64,000 bases of DNA. It comes from Nymphaea colorata (Eukaryota). The notes under the pieces were generated by a model. That model did no database searches. It saw only the letters and a list, made by a program, of their open reading frames with translations, and was not told where the DNA came from. Positions 13,045 through 27,257 of the stretch are shown here, piece by piece (the first letter of the stretch is position 1; the number at the start of each line of letters is the position of its first letter). A program made the translations under genes and the position numbers. Location of the stretch: the NCBI RefSeq assembly GCF_008831285.2, contig NC_045138.2, positions 14,694,001 through 14,758,000 of the forward strand, written 5' to 3'.

Positions 13045-13580
13045 AATCAAACGCGAACCTTTGGTTTGGCACCACTAATCTCAATTCGCCATAACTTGTG
13101 GATACCCACTCGGATCGGGTCAGCAGATTCACTACATGACTAAAATCGGTTCAATATGGTAAGGTATCGTCTCACTCGCAGACTCGGTCTCCAAGAAATC
13201 ACAAAATTGGCGCCAAAGATTTACTTTCCGAGGAAATAGGATTCGAAATCTATTTTAGGATTTATATCTTTTGCTTTTTCTAAAAATAATTATTTTAGAA
13301 TTTATACCCTCATTTAAGGATTTATATATATATTGAGTGTCTCAGCTCGCCCTATGCCCATCCGATTCATTATGATGGACGATTGAAATAAAAACAAAAT
13401 GAAAAAATGGTAAATATTTTCATCATCTAACATTAAGTTCACACTTTTTTTTCCTCTTAATCGTTCATCATAATGAATCTGATGGCCGCTATAAGAGAGT
13501 TGGGTGGCTCAAGATAGCTAGAGCCATCATTTAAACACATACACTCTTTCTTTCACACACACAAGCGCACACTCTTATAT
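13045..13580 (+). repeat. Direct-duplication block B (second copy ~17137-17638), including a MITE-like hairpin at ~13334-13511
   Basis: Colinear from AATCAAACGCGAACCTTTGG onward. Internal inverted pair CCATCCGATTCATTATGATGGACGATT / AATCGTTCATCATAATGAATCTGATGG. Confidence 0.9.
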
Positions 13581-14890
13581 ATGTTGTTGAATATAATATA
13601 ATTGTGGGATGGTTAAAATTTAAAAATGATCAGAAAAAAGGACCATAAATCGTTGTTAAAGCCACCATAAATCATTGTCGCACCATAAACAACTGGTAAT
13701 CCAAATTTGTGATTGTTTTTAGTGATAGACTTTTAAATTTTAACCATATGACAACATTTGATGCTCAGATAAGATTATGTGTGCATATAAGAGAGAGAGA
13801 GAGCATGTATATATATATAACACGCCCCGAAATAAAGACATTCTGACAGTGTCGCAGCCTTTTTTTTCATTATTTGCTATGTGTTGTATGAAATCTTTCC
13901 TATGAATGTGATTTTCATAACTAAAGGTTACAAGTTCATATAAAATTAAGATTTTTAAAATGTGTAACTAATATTTTTTATGAAAGTTTAGTAACCAATT
14001 GTGAGAAATTTTCAGCTTGTAAAACTCATTTTCTATGTCAAAAAATAAAATAAATATTGTGTATATGTTTATGAAGCGTTCACATTCAAAGGAGGTGTAA
14101 ATGGTTTTGCTTTTTCGACTGTTGCAAATCCCTTTTTTCTTTTTTGTAATTACCAGATCTGATTTTCTTGCTTTTTTCACCCAATATATAAAGATTCTAT
14201 TTCATGTGATGTGATTGATATCATCTTAATTTGGGCAGTGAAGTTTAAAGCACTAAGCGTTTGTGTTGGCATGGGCGCGATATCTTTATCAATCCGTTAA
14301 TCAGTAGATTTATCGTTGTTTAATCAGATGATCGTGTTCATTTAAACTAATTTATAGATCAAGGCAGGTCCATATATGTGTATTTCGCTATTTTATTTTT
14401 CTCAACATTAATATTTGGAAATCCGCAAAAATTGATATAAAATGTGGTGAATATATCGTCATACTTAATTTTTATAACTTGACTGCCATTTATGCCTCAA
14501 AATTTACATAAAATGGATAATCGGAACAGGAGTCCAGATAGTACAATAATTTGTAGTAAAATGTACATACGAAGACAAATGGCACTTGGCCATGCTTCTC
14601 TTTGGCTCGATATGAGTACAATTACTGTCCTTTGCCAACCAACCAAACACAAGGGCGGGCTAGGCTGGTTTGTTTTGCTGAATTAAAAAGAAGGGCTTCA
14701 TTTTTCTGAAATACAATTCGTGTTTTTTTTTTTTTGAAAAATAACAAAACTATGTTCGCCCTCTAAAGCCTCACTCCAGCGGCTACGGAAGGGGTATTTA
14801 TTTTGTTTTAGAAAACATAGGGGTATTTTAGTCGTTTTCAAAGGCAATCTTTTCCCTATAAAGGTCTCTGTTTTTGTAGAATGTTGTGCG

Positions 14891-15717
14891 GTGCATGGCA
14901 GAGAGGAGGGAGAGAAAGAAGACGGGGGGAGAAGTTAACTCGACTACTTTTATAGCAGAGCATTGATTGAAGTCACTAAAGAACTTTTATAGCAGAGCTT
15001 TTAATCTCAAGATCAATAACTTTTATAGCAGAACATCAATACTCTTCACTACTGATGAGAGAATTTTGTTCATTCAAACTTCATTGTCATACACAAAAAC
15101 TTCATTGTCATACGCAAAGGCAGTTCAAAAGCTTACGGCACAACAGAACTTTTGCACATCGACTGAAGTCATATAAAATGGTGAGAAATGACGTCTCAGG
15201 CCAGTGGGAAAAGTCTCTCAGTGCCAGTCAGCTTAAAAAGGAATCCTCCAAAGCACCAACTCGCGGGACGAAAAAGTGGCAGCGGTTTGTAAAATGTTAA
15301 AGTGTCTAACCCCTACCAGTCTCTCTCTCTCTTACATTCTCATTTTATCTTCTCTCTCTCTCTCTCTCTCTCTTAGAGTCCCATTTTATCGGCTCTTATA
15401 TATATATGATGTTGTCGTATTAATCAGGAACAGTCTATGCCTAATGGAATATGCAAAAGTTCTGTTGTGCCGTAAGCTTTTGAACTGCCTTTGCGTATGA
15501 CAATGAAGTTTTTGTGTATGACAATGAAGTTTGAATGAACAAAATTCTCTCATCAGTAGTGAAGAGTATTGATGTTCTGCTATAAAAGTTATTGATCTTG
15601 AGATTAAAAGCACTGCTATAAAAGTTCTTTAGTGACTTCAATCAATGCTCTGCTATAAAAGTAGTCGAGTTAACTTCTCCCCCCGTCTTCTTTCTCTCCC
15701 TCCTCTCTGCCATGCAC
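14891..15717. repeat. Inverted repeat IR4 (arms 14891-15156 / 15452-15717)
   Basis: 266-bp arms with about 1 mismatch. ORFs 14967+ and 15641- translate almost identically. Arms carry sub-repeats ACTTTTATAGCAGA x3 and AAACTTCATTGTCATAC x2. Confidence 0.97.
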
Positions 15718-18700
15718 ACACATTTGCCGCAGAAGTATCAATAGTGACTGAGCCTGTCAAGTTGCAATGAGAAAAACAAAACGGCAATAATAAGATTGAA
15801 GATATCTTTCTCATCAGTAAAAGATAAACTGAACCAACCATCACTTCTGAGACTAGTTTTTCATTTTAGGAAGAATCATGTCCGTTTGCGTAGGAAAAAC
15901 TAGTCTCAGAAGTGAGCTGCTCACTTCTGAGACTAGTTTTTCATGCCTTCTCCCTTAAACTGCTGACCAGACCCACTGCCAGCCTATGTGTGTGGACTCT
16001 GTGGAGGAGTTTAATGGTTACTATATTAGTATACCAATTTATTTCTACTCTTCATGGGTGTCATAATGTGGCCGCTTTGGATCTCAGCAGTGGTAAGCGA
16101 GAACTCGCCTTCTGCAGCCAGACCCTGCCCACATTCTGATGGATTCCCTGCAGAGTAGCTGGCGTGTGGGAAGAAACTCTAGGCAGCGCACGATGTCCTG
16201 TCCGTCTGCATTCCGCATCACCGGCCACAAACGAGACGACACCGGAAAATCGTCGCCGGAAAAACTGGATTGGCGGGTGTAGAAGCTGTATTGCATCTTC
16301 TATATGTCCGCAGAGAAGCCACCAAGAAGAATGAAGCTCAGAGGCTTCAGATTGTCATCGAAGCTAATAAGATTTGAAATTTGGATAGGCCGGCTTGGCA
16401 TTCATTGATGAGTTAGAGAGACGCAGAGAGAGATAGATAGATAGAGACAAACCAAACATAGATTTTCAGGATGTTCTTAATAACGAAGGATCAATTTCTT
16501 TTAACTTGTAAAACCAAAAATGGTAGAATCGTAAAACATAGACGCAGTTCTTACCAATAAAATCGAAGAAAGTGGCTTTCCTGTGAAATTATAGGCAAAA
16601 AGTAGCCGTTATTTGGTAGTGGTTTTCTCATAAAATGTGGTGATTCTTTTAATTACAATTGTCTTTTCTTAGTGTGGTGGACTTCTTTTAACCTTGCAAT
16701 TTTTGGGGTTTTGATGTCCCCACTTTGCTTTTGCCTTTTTCTTTCTGCAATTAATTCAATAAAATAGGACGGGCCAAGTGGGCTAAACACAATTATCTAG
16801 TTATAATTTTGACTTCTTTTTTATTTAAACTCTTAAAATTTTTGAAAATATTGTTTGGCCCATTGGAAATTTTAAAAGTATTTTTGAAGTCACTGAAGAA
16901 TTTTTTTCAACTCCATCCCCGCACTGCAGATAGTCATACTATTTTTCTTCGTTTTCAATATCTTTGCATGGATATGACATGTCTTGGCAAAAAAGACATT
17001 GAGCCACGGAAACATGACCATGAACCTTATCTTTTTTTATCCATGTCTGTGAAGTGAACGTCAGCAAAAGAAATTATCACAACAAGATGTTATATGTTTA
17101 GCGACATTTTTAAGCTGTAAAGTAAAGGAGAACAAAATCAAACGCGAACCTTTGGCATCGCAATTCGCCATGACTTGTGGATGCCGACTCGGATCGGGTC
17201 AGCAGATTCATTACATGACCAAAATCGGTTCAATATGGTAAGGTATCGTCTCACTCGCAGACTCGGTCTCCAAGAAATCACAAAATTGGCGCCAAAGATT
17301 TACTTTCCGAGGAAATAGGATTCCAAATCTATTTTGGAATTTATATCTTTTGCTTTTTCTAAAAATAATTATTTTAGAATTTATACCCTCATTTAAGGAT
17401 TTATATATATATATTGAGTGTCTCAGCTCGTCTTATGGCCATGATGGACGATTGAAATAAAAACAAAACGATATTTTCATCATCTAACATTAAGTTCACA
17501 CTTTTTTTTCCTCTTAATCGTTCATCATAATGAATCGGATGGCCGCTATAAGAGAGTTGGGTGGCTCCAGATAGCTAGAGCCATCATTTAAACACATACA
17601 CTCTTTCTTTCACACACACAAGCGCACACACTTATATATGTTGTTGAATATAATATAATTGTGGGATGGTTAAAATTTAAAAATTATCACAAAAAAGAAC
17701 CATAAATTGTTGTTAAAGCCACCATAAATCATTGTCGCACCATAAACAATTGATAATCCAAATTTGTGATTGTTTTTAGTGATAGACTTTTAAATTTTAA
17801 CCATATGACAACATTTGATGCTCAGATAAGATTAAATTATCTTATATGTGTGCATATAAGAGAGAGAGAGGGAGAGCATGTACAATTAATTAATTAAGCT
17901 GATGGCTCTTATTCTTTTGAAATGAGCGTCAAATTATAACTTTTTTCATGAATTTTTAACGATAAATGTGCTTAAAGTTTGGTGCCCGTATGCACCTTGT
18001 TTAGTCTTCCAATGCTTTGTGTAGTATTAAAATTTCACATATTCCAAATTGGGGTACACCAACGTCATTAGGCCTTTTCTTTAATGGTCTGAAAGCAGTA
18101 CTCAGTAGACTCTTTACAAACGAATACTCCCTCTCTCTCTCTCTCTTTCGTCCTTTCTGTGGACAGAAGCAACTGGAGCAGTCAGTGAGCAGCCACCAAA
18201 TTCATTTTAAAACAAGTAAACAACCAATGAAGGCGGTATCCATTTTTAAACTGGTGTGGAGTTTTCTTGTGTCCTATCAAGAGGAGCTGACCATTTGCAA
18301 ATGAGCAACATGACCTCGGTGTTCTTCATTTGACTTCCCACACACAAGCAATGCACTGGGACGTCCTAACACACTATCTCATGCTAAGGCCAAACGTGTA
18401 ACTTGCTCTCAGTTTCTTTACTATCTTGTTCGAAAACATCTTGACGCATTTCTCTATATATTATGAGTTTAAATACATGTCTAAAAGATATGATTCTTAT
18501 GTACGTCGCCATGCATATTTCATTTTATAACGATGCAATGCACACACACACACATGTTGGAAAAATTGAATAAAAAAAATCAAAATTTTGGATGTGAAAT
18601 ATCAGATATTATGGTCCAAACGACTTAAAAACAATTGATTTTTGCACCATTATACAATGGTATCCACGTCGGGTTTTCTTTTTCTTTTTCTTTTTTTCGT

Positions 18701-21700
18701 CTTCTAACAAAAATGTTATGGTTGAATTTGGAAAAATTTCAAGTGGGACGACCAAACCACTAAGAACGAACTGCAAACACCGCGCCCATATGATACAGAT
18801 TGGAAATACGTGTGTATGTTGGCGCCCATATTTCCGGGAAATATGTGCTCACTATTACAAGGACTATGATAAGATGTTCCGTGAAAATTGTGGTGGCCAT
18901 GGGAGAGAGAGTCTAGTCTAAAGTTCAAGCGAGTTATTGTTGGTGGTAACAGTAACATTGAAAAATGTGAGAGCAAATAATAAACCAGACTAGCAAGCCA
19001 TTTTAATTTGAACTTTGTTGGACCAGGGCTTTTTTTTTTTTTTTTAATCTTAAGGAAGAGCCTGGCAGGCTAGGAATTTTTCGTTGTAGGAGCCAAAGTA
19101 CAGTTTCAAAATTTTAAGATGGGGTAAAATATAATTTTTTAAATTTCTATATAGGTTAAAATATACCCCCTTTTTTAAATGAAAAAAAAGGAATTATAAA
19201 AACGTCCCATAGTGAAAGTCCATTACTAACTTAGCTGACAAAAGATGTTTTTTATTTCCAAGCGGGATATTTTTGGTATTTTATATCAAAAATTAATGTT
19301 TTCTGTTAGTAAATAGCTCTTCGAGAATTACTCTACAAAATTGAGCTCCTAGTTTACAAATGAACAGTAATTTGTTATTTCCCCAAGTGTTAAGCAACTT
19401 TTCTGCCATATTTTTTCTTCTAAAATTTGAAGGATCGGAATTATACATTTTTTGAGGTCATGTTCAATTGTATCTATGGTGGCAGTCAAAATGCACAAAG
19501 ACAAAACCATACAAATTTAAACACTTCACCAAAGTTTCAAAAAAAAAAAAAAAAAAACCAAAAAGAACTTCCACAGATCTCTCATGACATGCAACTCATT
19601 AGATGAGATTGTAACACTATGCCTACTTATCATAGTTGTTAATGTGAGAGACATCTTATGTATGTATGAGTAAGTTGGATAAGATAAAAAATACCCTTTT
19701 TTCCAGCAGGCAGTGGGTCGAATGATGAGGTGCCATCCTGTTTCTATGCCCTCAAGATTTAGAGCAGATGATTTATAATATAATACACTGTAACATAGTG
19801 TTTCATAAATTCTAGAAATAATATAATTGGACTTGATTAACTGAAATCTGATGAGGTTCGAGCCTTCATCTAACCAGATCTGGATCCATGTATCAATAAC
19901 ATAAAAAATATCCTAATGGGATTCTTCTCCAAATTCAACGGGTAAATTTATCTTGGGTAGATTTCAAATAACATCCAACCAGTTGGCATCCTTAGAAGCA
20001 TCGGAAGCTAGCAGGTGATCCGGTAATAACACAAGGAAAAGTAAATATGATTAACTATCACTTCTATGGATCCTCTTTCAAAGTGCCAGACAACTTGAAC
20101 TAACGGTCAATAATCTTGCTTTCCCCCCCAGAGTGCAACTTTTACAGAGAGAGCTTCTGGTTGGTGGCAGGTCAAATCACTTACCCTGTTTCTCATGAAA
20201 ATTTAGTTTTTACATTTCAAAAAGTCAATAGTGTCATGTCCCGATTAGTTGCCGGATTGTTAAAATTCAAAAAAATGTCTTTAAAATGACTATTTTTAGT
20301 GACAAAGTTTAAATTTTAATCATCCCACAATATCCACAGCAATGTTAAACAACCCCAAACACACACAATAGAAAGATGGTTTTACATTTGAGTAAATAAC
20401 AGTTCAACTCTTAAAAGTGAACAAATAAGTGTTGAAACTTTTGAGAGGTCACTAATTCAGGAAATCGTCAAAAGTAGTGCTTCCATTGGTCTGAATTAGA
20501 TTAGGATTAGCTTATTTGAAGAAAGAACTCTTTTCATATCTGAAATTGGTGCAATTTTCAAGGAATCGTTTGTTGGTGGAAAAACATTAACTTTTGATAT
20601 CAATGACAAAATATGATTCTTTTGAAAAAAAAAAAAAGTTCTTCATTGACTATGAAGGAATGGTTCTTTACAAGAGGCATTTTATCATTTTGCAGCGCCT
20701 GTATGTCAACGTCTAAAAGTTGAACGGTGATTTATTATTTGCTCAAACAAAGCCAGCTTTTGTAATTTTATCGCTAGTTTAGTTCGCGGGTGGCGCATCA
20801 GTTCCAAAGAACTTGTGCAGTTACATTTTAGAAAGCCATTTCAGCAACTCATTCATGTGGCCTACATAGTATTAAATCTAGAAGTCAAACCCCAATCCAG
20901 CATAATTTAGACTAGGTAGGATTTTGTGAGGATTCAAAATTCTACAATCTAAGTTTCAAAACTTCTAAATTTCTGAACTTTTTAACAAATTTGAAGTAAA
21001 ATAAGGGGCCTTGTATAGTTAGAAGTTTTGATCAAGAATGAAAACCCAGAATCATAATTCCCCCTCAAACTCGAATGGAATCAAAATTTCAGGTTTCAAT
21101 TTCTTAATTTCAAAAACAGAATACTCCACTTGTTTAACAAATTATAATTTCTTAATGAATGAGCATTTTTATTTTAAAATTCCATAATTCTAGGTAGATC
21201 AAACGACCCAAAAAAGGAGAAAAAGAAAGAACCGATCCAAGCATGAATCCATGGACCTTTAATCATGTATATCACATTTTATTTGCCATGATTTTGAAAA
21301 AAAAAAAAAACTTAAAATTGACGTTGGATCACGTGATTCATGGTTGACATGACTAGCCGTATCAATCAACCATTGAAGCCTGTACCATCAACACAAAGCA
21401 AATGCAGTTCAGATGTTGGGAAAGCTGGTAAATTATGGATTCAACTTGTCCATGTCAAATTTCAAATTCATTGCTGGGAACAAGGGGGATTGTTGGGGGT
21501 TGGAAGATAATGGGGATGAATTTAAGTTCTACACACTAAGTCCTACTCAGTTAATGTACAACCACCAGTTGAAGTACCATTTAGAATGAGAGTCTCCAAG
21601 GCACCTGAATGCACTAAATTAAGAGGTGCATCAGTAACAAAATCTCCAGCCCGCAGGAATCTTTACATGTTTGCAACCATGTTGTACAATAAACAGCAGG

Positions 21701-24700
21701 AATTGTAAAGAACCAAAATGACCAAAGAGATATCTTGGAGATGCTAGTCTTCGGGGACTGATGTAGTAACGATACGAAGAACTAGTGAAAAGAACACTTG
21801 ATTTCACGTTTGTTTCTCATGGTGAAGTTGTCCGTGCATCTTTGGAGCCACATACAATTTCTTCATAACCAGCAGCTGCATCAAACGTTTCAAGAATATT
21901 ACCATAATACCATGCAGAAAGTAGTGGAGCAGAGGAAATATGCAATAATCAGATCAAGAAGAAAATTTGTTCATAGAAGAAAACAAAATTCCACCTACAT
22001 GACAGCCCAAAAGAGTATATATCACCTCCCAGAAAAAAAGCCCAAAAGAGTATATATCACCTCCCAGAAAAAAAGGAAGAAAGAAAGAACAAGGCGCCTA
22101 GCATACCAGCATGGCCCCGACATGCTCATTTCTGTCAATCTTTATTGGGTCAGCTTCTCATTTCTATTTCCTCTAGTTAGCCGATACACTTGAAAGATTC
22201 ATAATCCTGACTGACACCTACTCGGATGTAAAGGTATGTTGTCCAGTGAGAAATTCTTGGAGAACTTCTAATACCTGCACGATCCTGCTTTAGAATACCA
22301 ACATCCTTAGGCAAGAATTCTTTTTCCAGGAAATTTGTTAAAGCCTAAAAGTAAGTCCAAAGTTTCTGCTCCTTTTCCTTTAGTCAACTTCCCTTGTGAT
22401 CCTTCCTATGCCTAGCAGTTTCTAACTTGATCCCATCAGCGACAGAGACAGCCACTGCTGCAAGAAAATCTGGAGAACTGAAGCATTGATTTCCAGGCGC
22501 AAGAATACGAAAATGGCCAAAGGTGCAAAAGCATGACCATAGCCTGTGCTAACCACCTCTACTCTACTATCTTCAGAAAATGACATCCACCTCAACACTG
22601 TCCCCAGTAACTGCACATTTTTAATGGTGATTCAACTCCTCCGAAATCCATAATATTGGAACGGTTCAGTCTTTCAGTCTAACTCATTGATAATGTTAGG
22701 AATGATTCAGTTTAACTCACTGATAATGTATAACCATCTACAGGCACAAGCAGAGTACCAGCGAGGGGCCCAGAACCATTTGTATGCTTCCAACTAACAA
22801 CACTCCACATATCACTCGGCTAAATGCATACACGAATAAGAGGCACATGCAAACCACCTCCCATCTCAACATCATCTTCTTTATGCAGCTAAATGCCCCA
22901 CCTCAATCTCAAAAACTGGGGTTCGGTAGACCCAAAACCAACTCCTCCTCCCTCCTCCAGAGGAGCTGGCAAACATACCAAGTGGCACTAAGGTCAATTC
23001 CATGAAAGTTACTGACAGTAGCAAGACGAACTGCAGTGAGAGCCATGAACAGTCCCAGAACCAGACTGCCTCCAGGAATCAACTACCTGTTACTATTAAT
23101 GTTAATGGTAGGCACAGATATTTAAGTGCAGTTCTGAGAAACTAAATGTTAACTAGAGAACTCTTCCTATAGAGAATTTTCAATCTTTGGTGAAAAGGAA
23201 AATAAGCACCCCAAGGTTAACTCCCGCAGCACTTTTTTTCATCATTTGTATGTCCTCCAAGTATATCTCTTGGTGTTTCACTTCCAATAAGTTCTTTTGT
23301 CTGTAAAGCTTCTTTTGATCTAACAAACCTTTATTTCACTGCAAACACTAACTCATCAAAGATTGAAATAGTATGGACCCAGATATCTGAACCTGGATTC
23401 TTGAAGTTGGTATATGGAATTGGTGTTCAACAGACAAAAAAGCTATAAGCAGCAAGTTCTAGCAATCTCTATCTTCTGCATTTCTGTCTTATGTATTACT
23501 TTTTTCTCATCAAGCTCTGCTGATAAATACATGAGGCATAGTCATGAAACTCAAAGAGGTTTTGATGCAAAAATATATAAATGAGCACACAGAATGCAAA
23601 ACCAAAAGTTAGGAGATTACAATGGAATCTAACTATTTTTCCTCGTTTGATCAGTCCAGTTGTGAGATGTCTACTGAAACAGCAGCTGGAACTGAAATCT
23701 CACTGAAAGATATCAGGCACGATAATCTGTGTTCTTATAGGATGTGTGGTCTTGGAAGTATCTCATTCCAAGACATAGAAACAAATGGAAGATAGAACGT
23801 ATATAATCATTTGATGCATTGAACACACAAATGGGATAACCGTTGGTGCTGTGGTGATGTGAAAGTTTCAAGGGACATCAATCCCAAAAGCTAAGGAGGC
23901 CTGCTTGAGGCATAATTGGACTATTTGAAGCTTTTTACACTATAATACGTGTTAATAATAATAAGCTACTTAATGATTGACCCAAAACAACAACTTTTCT
24001 AATGAGGTTTTCTTCTCTTTGAATTGATGCAGGGGGCTTGAGATAAGGAACCCAACAAATTAGCACCTATTATCTGCAGTTTTGGAAACCTTGATTTAAA
24101 CCAATATTGGAGTGAAAGACCAGAAAAAAAAAAAAATCATTGTCACTTCTAAATGTAATACCAAATATAGATCTAAGATGTAACATATTGTATATGGAAA
24201 CATTAATAAATATCAAAATTGTCTACTCCAAATGACTCGCTCAAAAGGAAGTATGTAATATATAGTAAAAGGTGTCATGCTAGACATGAGAGTAGAACAA
24301 AAAGAAAATATTAGTATGAGACTCAAGATTTTGACATGTCATTATATAACTACAAGGTAAAAATAGCATTTCAGCCATGTAGCATGGACATTTGAAGGAG
24401 ACTGGTGAATCCATGCCGGACCTGCACTGGGTGCTGGCCTGATTCAAATCGCCAGATGCAAATATCAGCTACAACAAGCATGGTCAATCACACACATGTA
24501 TGTTATACTAGCCTCCAGTTGGAGCATGGTATCATTAAATGAGTTACAAATTCCTAGTTCAAATCCACTCTTTTTGCTATATATATATATATATATATAT
24601 ATAGGCTTAGTTTTTTTAAATTTACCTCTCACCCACACCCACATCCATCTCATGGTTTTTCATCCCAAATAACAGTTACATATAGAAACAAAAATCTACA

Positions 24701-26379
24701 AGTTATACGTGGCATTTAGAGAGCAGACATCCCCATGTATAATCATTACATGAAGAAAGAGCTTTTCTGCATCTCATATATAAACAGAGAAACACACAAC
24801 TAACCCTCAAAATCATGAGCCAAGGTCATCTTACATGGCTTGGCCACAGGCCACTTGACATGCCATTAACACTAAAACAACATTCATGATTCATCCCTTC
24901 AATATCTTGTACATGCTTTTTCTCCTTTTCACTGGTTGATCCCAATACAGTTGAAAATTATTGTTAATCTATTCTGAGTCTCTGACAAATAACCAAATGT
25001 ACTCATGATGGTCATTTTCAGAATTTTCATGCAATGTTAGTGTGTTTCGCTTGAAGGAGACAACCAACCTACTACCACTTCAAAATCCATGCATTCGCAT
25101 CTGATGGAGAAGGCTGTGTACAAACGAAAGCATTATTTAAGGATGGATCTCCAACAATCAGTTCCTTGACATTCAATCGTTGGCCTAGTTGAAGCCAAAT
25201 ATGCAGAAACCAACAACCCAAAGTTGTCCAGCTCAATAAATCATATTACAAGCACAAATGTCAAGGCTGGAACAGGTTTTTCTGATTCATACCTTCATTC
25301 CTAAGTGTTCATTTTCTTTTCAAGTATCTCCTCTGGTACACAAAGGCCTTCTCCTTTCTTTTAACATTACAAGTGATTAGTTGTCTAACTATACAAATAA
25401 CCAGTCAGGCCACAGTTGCAAGTGATGCCTCGCCTTTTTCCTTCTCCACTATGAGTGCAGCCTGATAGGTAGCAAGTCATTTCTAGTGAAGAGAGTAATG
25501 GTTCTCGAGGCTCTGCCATCTCAGGGGCTGATAAATTTGGAATTGTAGCAGATGGCTGCACTTCCTATGGTGCTCAGTTGGCGCCCAACTGCTTCCAGCA
25601 CTAAGAGTATTTAATGGCCTCTTTATACAAAATGGAGACCTCTGTAATCAAAAGGGCATCTAAGCCTGCCCATGCGCTGAGCCCGTGCCTAAGGGACCTA
25701 GGTGGTCCAAACAAAAAACGTTTACTTTTTAAAAATTTAACTCTACAAATTCTAATTCTTTTGTTTGGTGGATCTAGTATATTGACTGAGGTAGAGTTTT
25801 TTCAAAACACCCATGCTGACCTTTTTCCACTATTTCTTTCTCCCTGTCTGTACCTTATCACCCCATTTTTTGTTGAATAGGACAGTTTACGCCTCTTCAT
25901 GGAGTCTGCCACCTAGCACTTTTAATCACATACATGGAGATCAATAAAATAACTGAGACAGTACCATGAAGAAATAAGCATGCAGGTGCCCCATGGACAA
26001 GCTTTATCTAACTAGAACAATTTCCTTCTGGATAATATATTTTATCTTTCTCAATTTATTTATATATGGTACACATGCCTAGATATATGCACATGAAAAC
26101 AACAACAGCATTTATTCTTCAACCCCAAAACATTTTACTCTCTATGTGACTATTACTGGAAGTCTGGAACAACTTGATTCAGAACTAACTTGCCTGCCTG
26201 GTACCAGCCCATGTCAAGATTCAAAACTGTTCCGAGCACTTGTTTTGACAAATCCTAACCTGTCCTGTGGCTGGCTTCACTTCACATCTCAAAAAGGCTA
26301 CCAACGAAGACATGAGGTAGCATGAAACTCAAGTCCAAAGGTCCATCAAGTTTCCTAAAAATCATAAATATTGGCATAA

Positions 26380-26450
26380 AATGTTACAATCCCACCCCCC
26401 TTTAAATGTATCCTCACGTATCAGACGCAGGTTCAAGTGTCAAACATAAC
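26380..26450 (-). mobile_element. Remnant of a TRIM (internal region, PPT and LTR start), related to the 34-kb array
   Basis: Minus strand reads GTTTGACACTTGAACCTG...TTAAAGGGGGGTGGGAT|TGTAAC, resembling 34468-34490 and 34758-34777. Confidence 0.45.
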
Positions 26451-27257
26451 TCTCATAAGTCATCTCAATTATGACAACCAGGACCAAAACGTATGTAACG
26501 GTTCTGTCTATTATTGAATTGAGTGCCCACTCAAGCGGATGCCAGTTCGCTACTTAGCTGGCTTTAGTTAGCACCCTGGATAAGATTGCAAACTCGGGTA
26601 TGAGGTAGCGAGATACAAGTACATATCACCGTCAAATTTATTGGAAACCTTAGATATCAGAACATTTGTAGGTCATCTCCACACTGGGATGTTACGGGTA
26701 TCCACTCTCATGACTACTTCAATGAATCTATACCCATATCATACCAATAAGGGGAGAAAAACTAGTTCAACTTAGAAAATTGAACAGCAATACAAGCTGA
26801 CAGTCACACACTTCTAACTTTTTAACTGACAATCTCACCTACCTAACTCATCCAGGTAGTTTAAATTTCAATTCGTAGTCTATTAAAACAAGGGCCTGAT
26901 CACCAAAAGGTTGGTAGACAAAGGCAAATCAGAGTTGGTCCAACCACCGCAGTATCTCTAAAGCAGAACAAACCTAACGAATATCCCAGCATTCCAATAT
27001 TGAGAACAAACTAACGAAAACAAAACGCATAATCAGCAGAACTCACTATGTTCACCAGAAAAATCTCAAACAAACTGGCCAAAATATTAAAAATCAGGAC
27101 ATAAGCGAAGGTGGTGAGACCAAAATATGTACTCAATTAGTAGGGAAATGCTACAACCTATGTTAGTTCAAAATTTCAAATATAGATCAACAAACTTCGG
27201 AGAAATAGTACGATCATCAATAAAAGAGTGAAAGAAGAAGCGGATACCTTGTGTTTC

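Noticed and set aside
26494..26696. Possible solo LTR (TGTAAC...GTTACG)
   Set aside because: Imperfect end and no matching 5-bp TSD.
27240..27247. 3'UTR donor GTATCCGC as a second U12 intron
   Set aside because: Departs from GTATCCTT at positions +7/+8, and no matching U12 branch point was found.
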